Assembly: GCA_021810605.1 (NCBI GenBank)
Contig: JAJZIL010000004.1
Span: 1-60,664, forward strand
Reading direction: 5' to 3'
Source of the DNA: a bacterium
Lineage (GTDB): Bacteria > Patescibacteriota > Dojkabacteria > JAKAPS01 > JAJZLI01
DNA: 60,664 bases
The position numbers were made by a program, and so were the translations under genes. The notes under the pieces were generated by a model. That model saw only the letters and a program-made list of their open reading frames with translations, made no database searches and had not been told where the DNA came from. Positions 8,479 through 18,777 of the stretch are shown one piece after another (the stretch's first letter is position 1; the number at the start of each line of letters is the position of its first letter).

Positions 8479-9708
8479 ATGATTAAAGATAAACAAGTTT
8501 TATCTCTTATAAATAAAGAAAGAGCAAGGCAATTTGAAACGATTAATCTTATTGCATCAGAAAACTATTCAAGTATAGATGTAAGAGAGGCTGAATCTTC
8601 TTTTTTTATAAATAAATATGCAGAAGGATATCCTCATAAAAGATATTATTCAGGATGTGAATATGTTGATGATATTGAGGATTTAGCTATAGAGAGATGT
8701 AAAGAACTTTTCAATGTAAAATTTGCTAATGTTCAACCACATAGTGGATCTCAGGCAAATATGGCAGTCTATTTTGCTTTAATAAAACCAAAAGATAAAG
8801 TACTGTCTCTAGGTTTAGATAATGGAGGACATCTTACTCATGGATCTGAAGTAAATTTTTCTGGACAATTATTTAATTTTTCTCACTATACAGTGAATGA
8901 GAATGGTGTTCTAGATTATGAACAGATACTCTCAATAGCTAGAAGAGTAAAACCTAAAATTATAGTAGCAGGATACTCTGCATATCCAAGAAATATTGAT
9001 TTTAAAAAATTTAGAGAAATTGCTGATTTAACTGGCGCCTACCTACTCTCTGATATATCTCATATATCAGGGCTTGTAGCATCCAAATTACACCCAGATC
9101 CATTCAAATATTCACATGTAGTAACTTCAACTACACATAAGACCCTAAGAGGTCCTAGAGGAGCTATTATTATGAGTAATGATTCTTCTATATTTGAAAG
9201 TGTTCAGAAATCTGTTTTTCCAGGAGTTCAAGGAGGTCCTCTTGTAAATGTTATAGCTTCTAAAGCTATTGCTTTTAGAGAATCTAATAGTGATTCGTTT
9301 AGAAAGTATTCTGAGAATATCATATCGAATGCTAGATATCTTGCTGATGCTCTTATTGCAAGAGGTTTTAGTGTTGTCTCATCTGGTACAGATAATCATC
9401 TTTTTGTTTTAGATTTAAGTAATTTTAATATAACAGGAAAGGATGCTCAGAATCTTTTGGAATCATGTAATATTAATGTTTCAAAATCTCTTATTCCTAA
9501 TGATAAAAATAAACCTTGGATTGCAAGTGGAATAAGATTAGGAACTCCTGCTGTAACATCAAGAGGATTAGGTATAAAAGAAATGGAGATAATTGCTGAT
9601 TTTATATATTCAATAATAAATTCAAGAAAAAATATAAATACTCAAAAAGTATCAAAAGAAGTAATAAATTTTATAAAACAATTTCCTATACTAGACCACT
9701 ATGAATAA
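8479..9708 (+). CDS. glyA: serine hydroxymethyltransferase
   Basis: 409 aa. LIASENYSS, YAEGYPHKRYYSGCE and the PLP-lysine region VTSTTHKTLRGPRGA. Confidence 0.95.
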   Translation: MIKDKQVLSLINKERARQFETINLIASENYSSIDVREAESSFFINKYAEGYPHKRYYSGCEYVDDIEDLAIERCKELFNVKFANVQPHSGSQANMAVYFALIKPKDKVLSLGLDNGGHLTHGSEVNFSGQLFNFSHYTVNENGVLDYEQILSIARRVKPKIIVAGYSAYPRNIDFKKFREIADLTGAYLLSDISHISGLVASKLHPDPFKYSHVVTSTTHKTLRGPRGAIIMSNDSSIFESVQKSVFPGVQGGPLVNVIASKAIAFRESNSDSFRKYSENIISNARYLADALIARGFSVVSSGTDNHLFVLDLSNFNITGKDAQNLLESCNINVSKSLIPNDKNKPWIASGIRLGTPAVTSRGLGIKEMEIIADFIYSIINSRKNINTQKVSKEVINFIKQFPILDHYE

Positions 9709-10513
9709 ATTATTTGATGGGAAAAAAGAAGCTTTAATAATTAAAGATATTATTAAGAAGAATATTTCGGATAGAGTACTTACATTGGGTATACTACAGA
9801 TTGGTGACGATTATATGAGTAATATTTTTATAAGAGAGAAAATGAAATTTGCAAAGGAAGTTGGGATAAATATTAACTATCAAAAAATACAAAAGTCAGA
9901 TAGTACTACTTTAGATTACTATATAGATAAATTTAATAGTGATAATAATATCAATGCATATCTAATTCAATTACCTTTAGTTGGTATAAAGGATAAGAAT
10001 TATTTTTTAGAAAAAATAAATAAAGATAAAGATATTGACTGTTTAACAAGTATAAATTATGCAAAAGTTTTATTAGGAAATTATACTTTTGCTCCTGGAG
10101 TATATCTAGCATTTAGATATATTTTTAAAAAATTAAATGTAGATAAAAGTAGTAATATACTTATAGTTGGAGGAGGATTTGTAGGGAGAAGTATTGCAAA
10201 TTATCTTATACTAGAAAAGTATAATGTATTTATAGTTGATAGATATATAGAAGATATATCTTTATATTCTAAGTTATCAGATGTAATTATTTTTTCTGCA
10301 GGAGTAAGTAATGTAATAAAAAAACAAGATATTAAGGATAATTCAATTCTTATAAATATTGGTGCTAGTGCAAATTTGGATGATACATTTGAAGGTGGAA
10401 TTTCAGAAGATACTATTGATAAAGCTAAATTTTTCGTCCCCATTAAAGGAGGTATTGGTCCTATGACTATAGCAATGCTTTTTAAAAGTTTATCTGAAAT
10501 AGACTTAAAGTAA
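9701..10513 (+). CDS. folD: bifunctional methylene-THF dehydrogenase / methenyl-THF cyclohydrolase
   Basis: 270 aa. Follows glyA with an 8-nt overlap. IQLPL, VGGGFVGRS (Rossmann) and the C-terminal KGGIGPMTIAML motif. Confidence 0.85.
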   Translation: MNKLFDGKKEALIIKDIIKKNISDRVLTLGILQIGDDYMSNIFIREKMKFAKEVGININYQKIQKSDSTTLDYYIDKFNSDNNINAYLIQLPLVGIKDKNYFLEKINKDKDIDCLTSINYAKVLLGNYTFAPGVYLAFRYIFKKLNVDKSSNILIVGGGFVGRSIANYLILEKYNVFIVDRYIEDISLYSKLSDVIIFSAGVSNVIKKQDIKDNSILINIGASANLDDTFEGGISEDTIDKAKFFVPIKGGIGPMTIAMLFKSLSEIDLK

Positions 10514-10531
10514 ATTTATATATTTATAAAT

Positions 10532-11641
10532 CTATTTATTAACTGATTTTATTATATAGTCAGATATATATTTTTTTGCATTTATTGGAAGAGTATGTGT
10601 ATTTTTTAATATCCTCTTATTTAAAAGAGTTTCTATTTTTTTCTCTAATTTATTAAAATTAAGTTCATTTTCATTAATTAAATCTACTACATTAGAGTAA
10701 TTTTGTGCTATTTTTGCATTATATATTTGATCAAATTTATCTCCAATTGATAGTGGTATAAAAATTGCTTTTTTACTTAAAGAAAGTATCTCATAAACCG
10801 TATTAGCTCCACTTCTTCCTATAACCAAATCTGATTTATTTAGTACCTCTCCTACTCTATCTCCCCATATATTTTTCTTATTAATATATCTTTTTTTTAA
10901 ATTCATATCTAATTTACTTTTTATCTCTATACTTTTTTCAAAATCATTATATATACTATTAGATCCTATTTGATGTATTAATGTATATTTTTTAAGTAGC
11001 TTTTCTATATTCTGAAATATTAAAGTATTTATAATGTGAGCCCCTTGGTTTCCTCCTGTTATATATATCAACGGGTATTTTTTATCTATTTTAAAGTAAT
11101 CAGAGTTAGTATTAAAAATTTCATCTCTTAGAATATTTCCTGTATATATTATTTTATTTTTGTTTTTTATATATTTAATTGTTTCTTGCCATGAAGTAAA
11201 TATTTTTTCTGAATATTTAATACCTATCCTATCTGATATTCCTGGTTTTATGGTTTGAATATGGGTATAGATTCTAATTTTGAATATCTTAGATATTATT
11301 AATATAGGGACAGATACATAGCTTCCAAATGATATTACTGATATAGGTCTATATTTTAGAATATAATAGATTGATTGAATAAATCCTAAAGGAATTTTAC
11401 AAAATGATATTATGGAGTTTATTGATAAATATCTATATAATTTCCCAGTATTTAAAGATAGAAATTTAATATTATTATCTTTCGCATATTTATATTCTTG
11501 AGAGAAGGATTTATCGAATAGTATTGTATGTTTTACTCCAACATAATAGATATTATAAATTTTGTGTTTATTTAACTCCTTATAAATAGAAATTGCAGGA
11601 GTGAAATGTCCTCCAATTATAAATATATTTTTATCCTTCAT
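10532..11641 (-). CDS. murG: undecaprenyl-PP-MurNAc-pentapeptide-UDP-GlcNAc GlcNAc transferase
   Basis: 369 aa. N-terminal IIGGHFTPAISI (G-loop), TGGNQGAHIIN, and a position directly after ftsW as in dcw clusters. Confidence 0.8.
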   Translation of the reverse strand: MKDKNIFIIGGHFTPAISIYKELNKHKIYNIYYVGVKHTILFDKSFSQEYKYAKDNNIKFLSLNTGKLYRYLSINSIISFCKIPLGFIQSIYYILKYRPISVISFGSYVSVPILIISKIFKIRIYTHIQTIKPGISDRIGIKYSEKIFTSWQETIKYIKNKNKIIYTGNILRDEIFNTNSDYFKIDKKYPLIYITGGNQGAHIINTLIFQNIEKLLKKYTLIHQIGSNSIYNDFEKSIEIKSKLDMNLKKRYINKKNIWGDRVGEVLNKSDLVIGRSGANTVYEILSLSKKAIFIPLSIGDKFDQIYNAKIAQNYSNVVDLINENELNFNKLEKKIETLLNKRILKNTHTLPINAKKYISDYIIKSVNK

Positions 11642-12770
11642 ATTTATTATTAATCCTGTTTATACTAAGTATAATACCAATTCCTGCAAGTATTGTTATA
11701 ACACTACTTCCTCCATAGCTTATAAGAGGAAGAGGTACTCCTGTAAGTGGAATTATCCCTATATTAGCAGCAATGTTTATAAATGTCTGTATTCCTATCC
11801 AAGCAGCTATTCCAACTGCTAGAAATTTACCAAATATATCTTTTGTATTAATTGCTACTTTCATTATTAGATATATAAGGTAAAGAAAAATAGCAATTAA
11901 TATTATTGCACCAATAAGTCCCAGTTCTTCTGCAATTACTGCAAATATTGAATCAGTTATTGCTGTAGTTCCTACTAAATATTGATTTTTTTGAATTGAT
12001 TGTGTAAAACCTACTCCTGTAATACCTCCAGATCCTATTGCTATTAAAATTTGATGTACTTGGTATCCTGTACTAAGATTTGTATTAGAAGTTTTTGACA
12101 GATGTAAATATGTTAGAATTCTCTCTATTCTATATGGTTCTATGAGTATAAATATAATACCTAGAATACCATAAAATAATGACACTATTCCAAGATTATA
12201 GAATAGGTATTTTTTATTATCATTTATAATAAGTATAATTAAAGCTATTAGAAGTACTACAATGGTAGTTCCCATATCTTTCTCTATGATAATAAGTCCT
12301 GCAATTAATGATGTAATTAAAAGATATGGTATTAAGAATTCCTTTAGATTAGAAGAAAAACTAGTTATAATTTCTTTCTTTTTTTCATAATATTTTGTGA
12401 GCCATGCAGAAATATATATAATAAAGAAAAGTTTTGCAAATTCAGATGGTTGAAAACTTGTAAATCCTAGACTAATCCATCTTTGAGATCCATTTATTTT
12501 AGAAGAGAATACAATTACTACTAAAAGTCCAAGGATAACAAGTATTAAAAGTAAAAGTGCATATTTTTTTAATTTTCTGTAATCAATTTTATATAATATA
12601 AAAGCTCCCACACTTCCAAGTACCATCCATAGAGATTGGAGTCCAATATAGTGATATTTTTGAGCTATTAGTCCCATTGAAGCATCAAATACCATTATTA
12701 GTCCAAAAATACATAATACTACTGTGGTAATAACTATTTTTTTCCCTAAAATTTGATTTTCAGAATCCAT
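11631..12770 (-). CDS. ftsW: SEDS family glycosyltransferase (FtsW-like)
   Basis: 379 aa, about 10 TM. QPSEFAKL, and PLTGVPLPLISYGGSS at the C-terminus. Assigned ftsW from the murG adjacency only. Confidence 0.75.
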   Translation of the reverse strand: MDSENQILGKKIVITTVVLCIFGLIMVFDASMGLIAQKYHYIGLQSLWMVLGSVGAFILYKIDYRKLKKYALLLLILVILGLLVVIVFSSKINGSQRWISLGFTSFQPSEFAKLFFIIYISAWLTKYYEKKKEIITSFSSNLKEFLIPYLLITSLIAGLIIIEKDMGTTIVVLLIALIILIINDNKKYLFYNLGIVSLFYGILGIIFILIEPYRIERILTYLHLSKTSNTNLSTGYQVHQILIAIGSGGITGVGFTQSIQKNQYLVGTTAITDSIFAVIAEELGLIGAIILIAIFLYLIYLIMKVAINTKDIFGKFLAVGIAAWIGIQTFINIAANIGIIPLTGVPLPLISYGGSSVITILAGIGIILSINRINNKYEG

Positions 12771-12809
12771 ATATAATTTATATCACAATATAAAAGTATT
12801 AAGAAACCT

Positions 12810-14090
12810 CTAATAATTTTTTCTTTGTATATAAATATTTTGTAGTATTCCAAGACATATTAAAATAGTTAGGAGGGAACTTCCTCCATAGCTGATTAAA
12901 GGTAATGTAATTCCAGTTACAGGCATAACACCTAAATTCATTCCAACATTAATAATAAATTGTATCATTATCATTGTAAGTACACCTATTACAATTAGAG
13001 TTTCATACCGCCCACGTGTATTTTTTAGAATATGTATAATTCTATATATAAATGCGAGATATAGAGAAAGCAGTATCAAAGTTCCTATTAGACCAAATTC
13101 TTCTACAATTGTCGCAAAAATAAAATCAGTTGTATCTTCTGGTAGAAAATTTAATCTACTTTGTGTTCCTTCTAGATATCCTTTCCCCCATAGTCCTCCA
13201 GATCCTATTGCTATTTTTGATTGTTCAGTTTGGAAATTAATTGAAGAATTTAGTTTTGATGATTGATCGATGAATCCAATTAGTCTATTTTTTTGATAAT
13301 TCTTTAACAGATGATCCCATACTATTAGCTTAAAACTAAATCCTACAAATATTCCTAGGATTATAGTTATAAATAATATGTATTTATATATATTTTTTGA
13401 TGCTTTCTTATATAGAAGAAATATTAATCCTAATATGATTATAAGTAGTAGTATATTAACATTGAAAAATATTAGGTTTAAATTTGCATTTAAAAAATTT
13501 ATCCCTATAAATGGGAGTATTAGAAGAATTGATAGTATGAATATAGATATTATATATATAAATTTTTTCTGATCATAATAAGATGCAAATACAATAGCAA
13601 ACCAAATTACGAGTATAATAATTGTATTTCCCAAGGCAGGTTGTTTATATATAAGATATACAATAGGTACTATAATTAAAAATCCAAGTGCAATTTTTTT
13701 TAAAGCATTTTCAGTTTTTCTAAAAACCTCAAAGAATGATGCGGATATTAGTATTACGACTATTTTCGCAAATTCTGCAGGCTGTATATCAAATTTCCCA
13801 ATAACAAACCATCTACGTGTATTATTAAGCCTAATATTTAAAAGAAATATGAGGCCTAGCATTATTATTATTACTGCATATATTAATATTTGAACCTTTT
13901 TATCTTTATATATTCTATAATCTACAGATAAGAGTGAAAAATATGCAATTATACCTACAATTGCAAAAATTATTTGTCTTGATCCCTCATATGATTGTCC
14001 TGTTGAATATATACTTATAATTCCTAGAATAGTTAGAATTATTACTAGAAATGTTAGAGTATAATCTTGTTTTAGAAGGTTTTTAAACAT
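12810..14090 (-). CDS. rodA: SEDS family glycosyltransferase (RodA-like)
   Basis: 426 aa. QPAEFAKI, TDFIFA, and PVTGITLPLISYGGSS. The RodA versus FtsW assignment is tentative. Confidence 0.7.
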   Translation of the reverse strand: MFKNLLKQDYTLTFLVIILTILGIISIYSTGQSYEGSRQIIFAIVGIIAYFSLLSVDYRIYKDKKVQILIYAVIIIMLGLIFLLNIRLNNTRRWFVIGKFDIQPAEFAKIVVILISASFFEVFRKTENALKKIALGFLIIVPIVYLIYKQPALGNTIIILVIWFAIVFASYYDQKKFIYIISIFILSILLILPFIGINFLNANLNLIFFNVNILLLIIILGLIFLLYKKASKNIYKYILFITIILGIFVGFSFKLIVWDHLLKNYQKNRLIGFIDQSSKLNSSINFQTEQSKIAIGSGGLWGKGYLEGTQSRLNFLPEDTTDFIFATIVEEFGLIGTLILLSLYLAFIYRIIHILKNTRGRYETLIVIGVLTMIMIQFIINVGMNLGVMPVTGITLPLISYGGSSLLTILICLGILQNIYIQRKNY

Positions 14091-16983
14091 TAATTTTTAT
14101 ATATATTTCTTTATTATTAATTTTTATAAGATCACCCTCTATCTTTGGTTCATATATACTTATATTTCTTGATTTAGTTATTTTTTTGATATCATTACCA
14201 AATTTTTCAATTATTTTTATAATATCACTATCATCCGAATATATTGATATATCAATAATATCAGAAATATTAAGTGTATTATTTTTTCTTAAATTTTGAA
14301 TTTCTCTTATAAATTCTCTATATAAACCTTCAAGGAGCATTTCTTCATCTAGTTCTGTATTAATACCAACTTCTCCATATTTTCCTTTATTAATTTTTAA
14401 TTTATTATTTTTCTCTTTGATTATTATTTTTGCGTTAAGTTCATTTTTTATAATATCTAAGATATCAGTAGTTTGTATATTGGAATTTTCTATATATATT
14501 TCTCTTATTGGTTGCTTTAATTTTATACCATTCTCAATTCTTAAATTTTGAAGTTCTGATATTATCTCTCTTGCTCTAGACATCTCATTTTCTATGACAA
14601 GATCAATCTGATTATGAGGAATTTGAGGATAGTCTTGCATATGTACACTACTGTCATTATTATTTAGAGTAATATATATATATTCAGATATAAAAGGTAT
14701 TACAGGTGCAGTAGCTTTAGAGAAATCTATAAGTACATTATATAGAGTATTTAATGCATCTATACTACCATCTGCAAATCTTTGTCTAGATCCCCTTATA
14801 TACCAAGTAGAAAGGTCATTTATATATGGTTGTATAAGGTTTGTTGCACTCATTAAATCATAGATATCTAGTTGGTATGTTATATCTGCTATGAAGTGAT
14901 TTGTTCTAGATATAATCCATTTATCTAACACATTATTACTTTTTTTATCTATAGGTTCAAAATTATTAGAGTTTGCGTAGATAGTAAAATATTTTAAAGT
15001 ATTATAGATAGTTAAAAATACATTTTTTACTACATCTGAAACTCCATTATCATTGAACATTAGATCTTCTCCTTTAACTAATGGTGATGATAATAGATAA
15101 AATTTTAATGCATCAGCACCAAATTTATTAACTAATTCTCCTGGATCTGTATAATTTCTTTTTGATTTAGAGAGTTTTTTCCCAGTTTTATCAAGAACAA
15201 TTCCTGTAGTAATGACATTCTTAAAAGCAGGTTTATCCATTAGTGCTGTTGCTATTGTATGTAGAGAATAAAACCACCCTCTAGTCTGGTCAATTGCTTC
15301 TGCAATAAAATTAGCAGGGAAATTATCTTCAAAATTATCTTTATTTTCAAATGGATAATGTTTTTGAGCATATGGCATAGATCCTGATTCAAACCAACAG
15401 TCTAATACCTCTGGAATTCTTTTTAATACTCCTTTTTCACATTTGTCACAAGGTATTTTGAAATCATCAATAAAGTGTCTATGTATATCTATGATATTTT
15501 TTTCTCCAGAAAGATCTTCTAATTCTTTTATAGATCCTATTACAATAATATTAGAACAATTATCACATTTCCAAACGGGTAATGGTGTACCCCAATACCT
15601 ATTTCTTGATAGTCCCCAATCTGGAGCTGATTCTAATCCTTTTTTGAACCGACCTTCTTTAATATGTTTAGGTGTCCAATTAATAAGTTCATTATTCTTT
15701 ACAGTATCTTTTTTTATATTTCCAACATCTAAAAACCAAGAATCCATTGAATAATTAAGTAAAGGTGTATCACATCTCCAGCAGTGAGGGTAAGAGTGAG
15801 TAATCTTTATACTTCTGAAAAAAGTATTATCTTTTTTCAATTGTTCTAATATTTTTTCTCCTAGATCTCTTGCTTGTTTTCCTGCCCATTCCATTAATGG
15901 ATACTCTCCAAATTCTCCTTCTATATTAACATGTCTTATGTTAGGAGTATTAAGTGTTTTTCCAAGTACCATATCTTCTTCTCCAAATGCAGGTGCAATA
16001 TGTACTATACCAGTTCCTTCATCTGATGTTACAAAATCTGCTTCAGTTACATACCAACCTTTATCTATATGTTCTGGTTTTATTGTTTTTGAGATATCAA
16101 AGAGGGGCTCATATCGTTGTCCTATTATTAAATCTATTTTTATATTATTTATAATCTCATATTCAATATTTTCAAATATATACTCTACTCTATTTTTAGC
16201 TACTATATAATATTCATTATTACTTTTTACTTTTACATATTCAATATTTTTATTTACTGCAAGAAGTACATTTGCAGGAAGAGTCCAAGGAGTTGTAGTC
16301 CAAGCAAGAAAATATGTATTATCCTTATCTATTAGCTTAAATTTTGCAATAACAGAAAGATCTTCAAGGTCTTTATATCCTAATTGTACTTCTGTATTAG
16401 AAAGTGGAGTTGCACATCTAGGACATATTTTTATACTTCGGTATCCTTCATATATTAATCCTTTTTCATAAATATTCTTAAATACATACCATATGCTCTC
16501 CATATAGTTTTTATCCATAGTTTTATAGTCATTTTCCATATCTACCCATCTTCCCATTCTTTGAACAAATTCTTTCCATTCATTGACATATTTAAGTACA
16601 ATCAGTCTACATTCTTCATTAAATTTATCTATTCCTAGATCTTCTATTTCTTTTTTATTTTTTATTCCCTTTAATTTTTCCAGTTCATACTCAACAGGGA
16701 GTCCATGACAATCCCAACCAAATCTTCTTTCAACATAATATCCTTTCATAGTATAGTATCGGGGAATAAGATCTTTTATTGCTCCTTGTACTAAGTGTCC
16801 ATGATGAGGTAGTCCAGTAGCAAATGGTGGACCATCATAAAATATATATTCCTTTTTACCTTTATTTTTATCTAGGGATTTTTTGAAGGTATTATCTTTC
16901 TTCCAAAAAGAGAGTATATTTTCTTCTATATTTGGAAAGTCAGGTTTTTGATCTAAATTAGGGAATTTCATTATGTATGACAT
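14083..16983 (-). CDS. ileS: isoleucyl-tRNA synthetase, type-2 (eukaryote/archaeal-like) form
   Basis: 966 aa. FYDGPPFATGLPHHGHLV (HIGH), KLSKSKRN (KMSKS), and the CP1 editing-domain region WTTTPWTLP. The N-terminal architecture matches type-2 IleRS. Confidence 0.93.
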   Translation of the reverse strand: MSYIMKFPNLDQKPDFPNIEENILSFWKKDNTFKKSLDKNKGKKEYIFYDGPPFATGLPHHGHLVQGAIKDLIPRYYTMKGYYVERRFGWDCHGLPVEYELEKLKGIKNKKEIEDLGIDKFNEECRLIVLKYVNEWKEFVQRMGRWVDMENDYKTMDKNYMESIWYVFKNIYEKGLIYEGYRSIKICPRCATPLSNTEVQLGYKDLEDLSVIAKFKLIDKDNTYFLAWTTTPWTLPANVLLAVNKNIEYVKVKSNNEYYIVAKNRVEYIFENIEYEIINNIKIDLIIGQRYEPLFDISKTIKPEHIDKGWYVTEADFVTSDEGTGIVHIAPAFGEEDMVLGKTLNTPNIRHVNIEGEFGEYPLMEWAGKQARDLGEKILEQLKKDNTFFRSIKITHSYPHCWRCDTPLLNYSMDSWFLDVGNIKKDTVKNNELINWTPKHIKEGRFKKGLESAPDWGLSRNRYWGTPLPVWKCDNCSNIIVIGSIKELEDLSGEKNIIDIHRHFIDDFKIPCDKCEKGVLKRIPEVLDCWFESGSMPYAQKHYPFENKDNFEDNFPANFIAEAIDQTRGWFYSLHTIATALMDKPAFKNVITTGIVLDKTGKKLSKSKRNYTDPGELVNKFGADALKFYLLSSPLVKGEDLMFNDNGVSDVVKNVFLTIYNTLKYFTIYANSNNFEPIDKKSNNVLDKWIISRTNHFIADITYQLDIYDLMSATNLIQPYINDLSTWYIRGSRQRFADGSIDALNTLYNVLIDFSKATAPVIPFISEYIYITLNNNDSSVHMQDYPQIPHNQIDLVIENEMSRAREIISELQNLRIENGIKLKQPIREIYIENSNIQTTDILDIIKNELNAKIIIKEKNNKLKINKGKYGEVGINTELDEEMLLEGLYREFIREIQNLRKNNTLNISDIIDISIYSDDSDIIKIIEKFGNDIKKITKSRNISIYEPKIEGDLIKINNKEIYIKINV

Positions 16984-17011
16984 TTTATATCATACATAGT
17001 TATTTTTCAAA

Positions 17012-17398
17012 TTATTTATTAAGGTTGTCAGTCTTCTTTTGAATCTTTTTCTGTAATCTATCGATTTTTTTATTTGTATCTTTTACAATATTTTGAGTCC
17101 TTTTTAATGCTTTTTGTTTTATATCTTTAGTTTTATAATCAAGATCTTTATTAATTTTATCAAAATTTTCTTTAGTTTTATTTATGAAATCTTCTTTATC
17201 AAAATTCTCTATACTATAAGAAATATCATCAACAGTATCTAATGTTGTATCTACTATCTTATTTTTGGATTCTTGGTATTTATCTATTAGATCTTTTCTA
17301 TTTTCTTTTTTTGAAAGGTATAACGATATAGCTCCAGCAGTTGCTCCTGCAAGAAAGGTTAATAGAATGTTTCTTGATGTATTTGATTTTCTTCTCAT
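17012..17398 (-). CDS. YtxH-like membrane-anchored coiled-coil protein
   Basis: 128 aa. The N-terminal Gly/Ala-rich helix FLAGATAGAISLYL followed by a charged helical tail resembles the YtxH domain. Follows a DUF948-like small gene, as in Firmicutes. Confidence 0.45.
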   Translation of the reverse strand: MRRKSNTSRNILLTFLAGATAGAISLYLSKKENRKDLIDKYQESKNKIVDTTLDTVDDISYSIENFDKEDFINKTKENFDKINKDLDYKTKDIKQKALKRTQNIVKDTNKKIDRLQKKIQKKTDNLNK

Positions 17399-17402
17399 AA
17401 TT

Positions 17403-17609
17403 TTATATTTTAAGTAATTTTGAGACTATCTTTATTATTTTAATATAATTAGTATCAATACTTTCAGTAATTGATTGAAATTTCTTTATAGCTCTATCAA
17501 TTCTCTTTATAACTATCATAACCTGTATTAATATAAATATTAAAATTAATACAAATAATGAAGCCAGGATTGTCAATATATCTATTATTATTTTTTCAAA
17601 CTCAACCAT
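17403..17609 (-). CDS. small membrane protein (DUF948-like)
   Basis: 68 aa, one TM followed by an amphipathic tail. 4 nt upstream of the YtxH-like gene. The family call is tentative. Confidence 0.4.
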   Translation of the reverse strand: MVEFEKIIIDILTILASLFVLILIFILIQVMIVIKRIDRAIKKFQSITESIDTNYIKIIKIVSKLLKI

Positions 17610-17703
17610 ATTTTATCTTATAATATTTCTTAATTATATGTTAATATTTATTAAATGTCAACTTGTTGTATAAGTAGTTTTTTTTCTGTTAGAATATTTT
17701 CAT

Positions 17704-18777
17704 ATGAAATTTTTAATATTTGCAGGAGGAAATGGTACTAGACTTTGGCCTGTTAGTAGGAAGGATAATCCTAAACAGTTTCAGACATTTTTTTCTAATA
17801 AATCGTTATTTCAATTAACTATTGAAAGATTATCAAGAAGATTTTCTTTTGAAGATTTTTTTATAGTTACTCCTCCGGAGTATGTAAGTATTATAAAATC
17901 CCAGGTTCCTGAAATTATAAAGGAGAATATTCTTATAGAGTCAGAGACAAGAGATACACTTGCATGTGTAGGGTTTGCAGCTTTTATTATAGATAGTTTA
18001 TTTAAGGATGAAGAAATTGCAATTCTTTGGTCTGATCATTTAATTAAATATGAGAAAGTTTTTTTAGATGCATTTTCTTTAGCTTCAAAATATTCAAAAG
18101 AAAAAAATAAAATAGTTCAAATTGATGTAAATCCTACAAATATAAATGTAAATCTAGGTTATATTCAAATAGGAGATCAGATTGAATCAATAGATGGTTT
18201 TAGTATTTATGAATTTATAAAACAAACAGAAAAACCAGATTATAAAACTGCAAGAAAATTTATAGAAAGTTTTGATTATCTTTGGCATACAGGGTATTCA
18301 GTTTATCCTCCATCAAAATTAGTAGATTTATATAGAAGATATGTTCCTAAAATAGCTGAAAAGATGGATAATATAGTTAAATTATATTCTTTAGGAGAAG
18401 ATTTTTCTCAATTATATTCTTCAATAGATAAGATCTCTATTGATTATGCAATTCTAGAAAAGGTTGATAATAGTGATATAGTAGTTATTCCAGCAGATTT
18501 AGGTTGGAGTGATGTTGGTAATTGGGAATCTTTAAAACAAGTACTAGAAGATAGTATTGATGAGAATGTATCTCATGGAGAGAATATATTAATAGATACA
18601 AAAAATTCTTTAGTTTTTTCTAATAATGATAAAAAAATAATAACAACTATTGGTATTGAGGATCTTGTTATTGTTGATACTCCAGATGCATTACTAGTTT
18701 GTTCTCTTTCTGATTCTTACAGAGTTAAAGATTTGATATCTGAGATTAAAAAAAATAAAAAAGATCAATTACTTTAA
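17704..18777 (+). CDS. mannose-1-phosphate guanylyltransferase-like sugar nucleotidyltransferase
   Basis: 357 aa. The N-terminal FAGGNGTRLWPVSR signature and DLGWSDVGNWESL are typical of ManC/CpsB-type enzymes. There is no C-terminal PMI/cupin domain. Confidence 0.8.
   Translation: MKFLIFAGGNGTRLWPVSRKDNPKQFQTFFSNKSLFQLTIERLSRRFSFEDFFIVTPPEYVSIIKSQVPEIIKENILIESETRDTLACVGFAAFIIDSLFKDEEIAILWSDHLIKYEKVFLDAFSLASKYSKEKNKIVQIDVNPTNINVNLGYIQIGDQIESIDGFSIYEFIKQTEKPDYKTARKFIESFDYLWHTGYSVYPPSKLVDLYRRYVPKIAEKMDNIVKLYSLGEDFSQLYSSIDKISIDYAILEKVDNSDIVVIPADLGWSDVGNWESLKQVLEDSIDENVSHGENILIDTKNSLVFSNNDKKIITTIGIEDLVIVDTPDALLVCSLSDSYRVKDLISEIKKNKKDQLL

Noticed and set aside
15443-16210. Plus-strand ORFs of 66-103 aa inside ileS. 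Similar antisense ORFs occur inside dedA, clpP, pyrG, folD, rodA, mutL, uvrA, uvrB, ftsA, gatA, the methyltransferase, rplU, the ATP-grasp genes, atpD, atpG and atpB.
   Set aside because: All are nested antisense to strongly supported genes. They are short, low-complexity and lack recognisable motifs. These are expected by chance.
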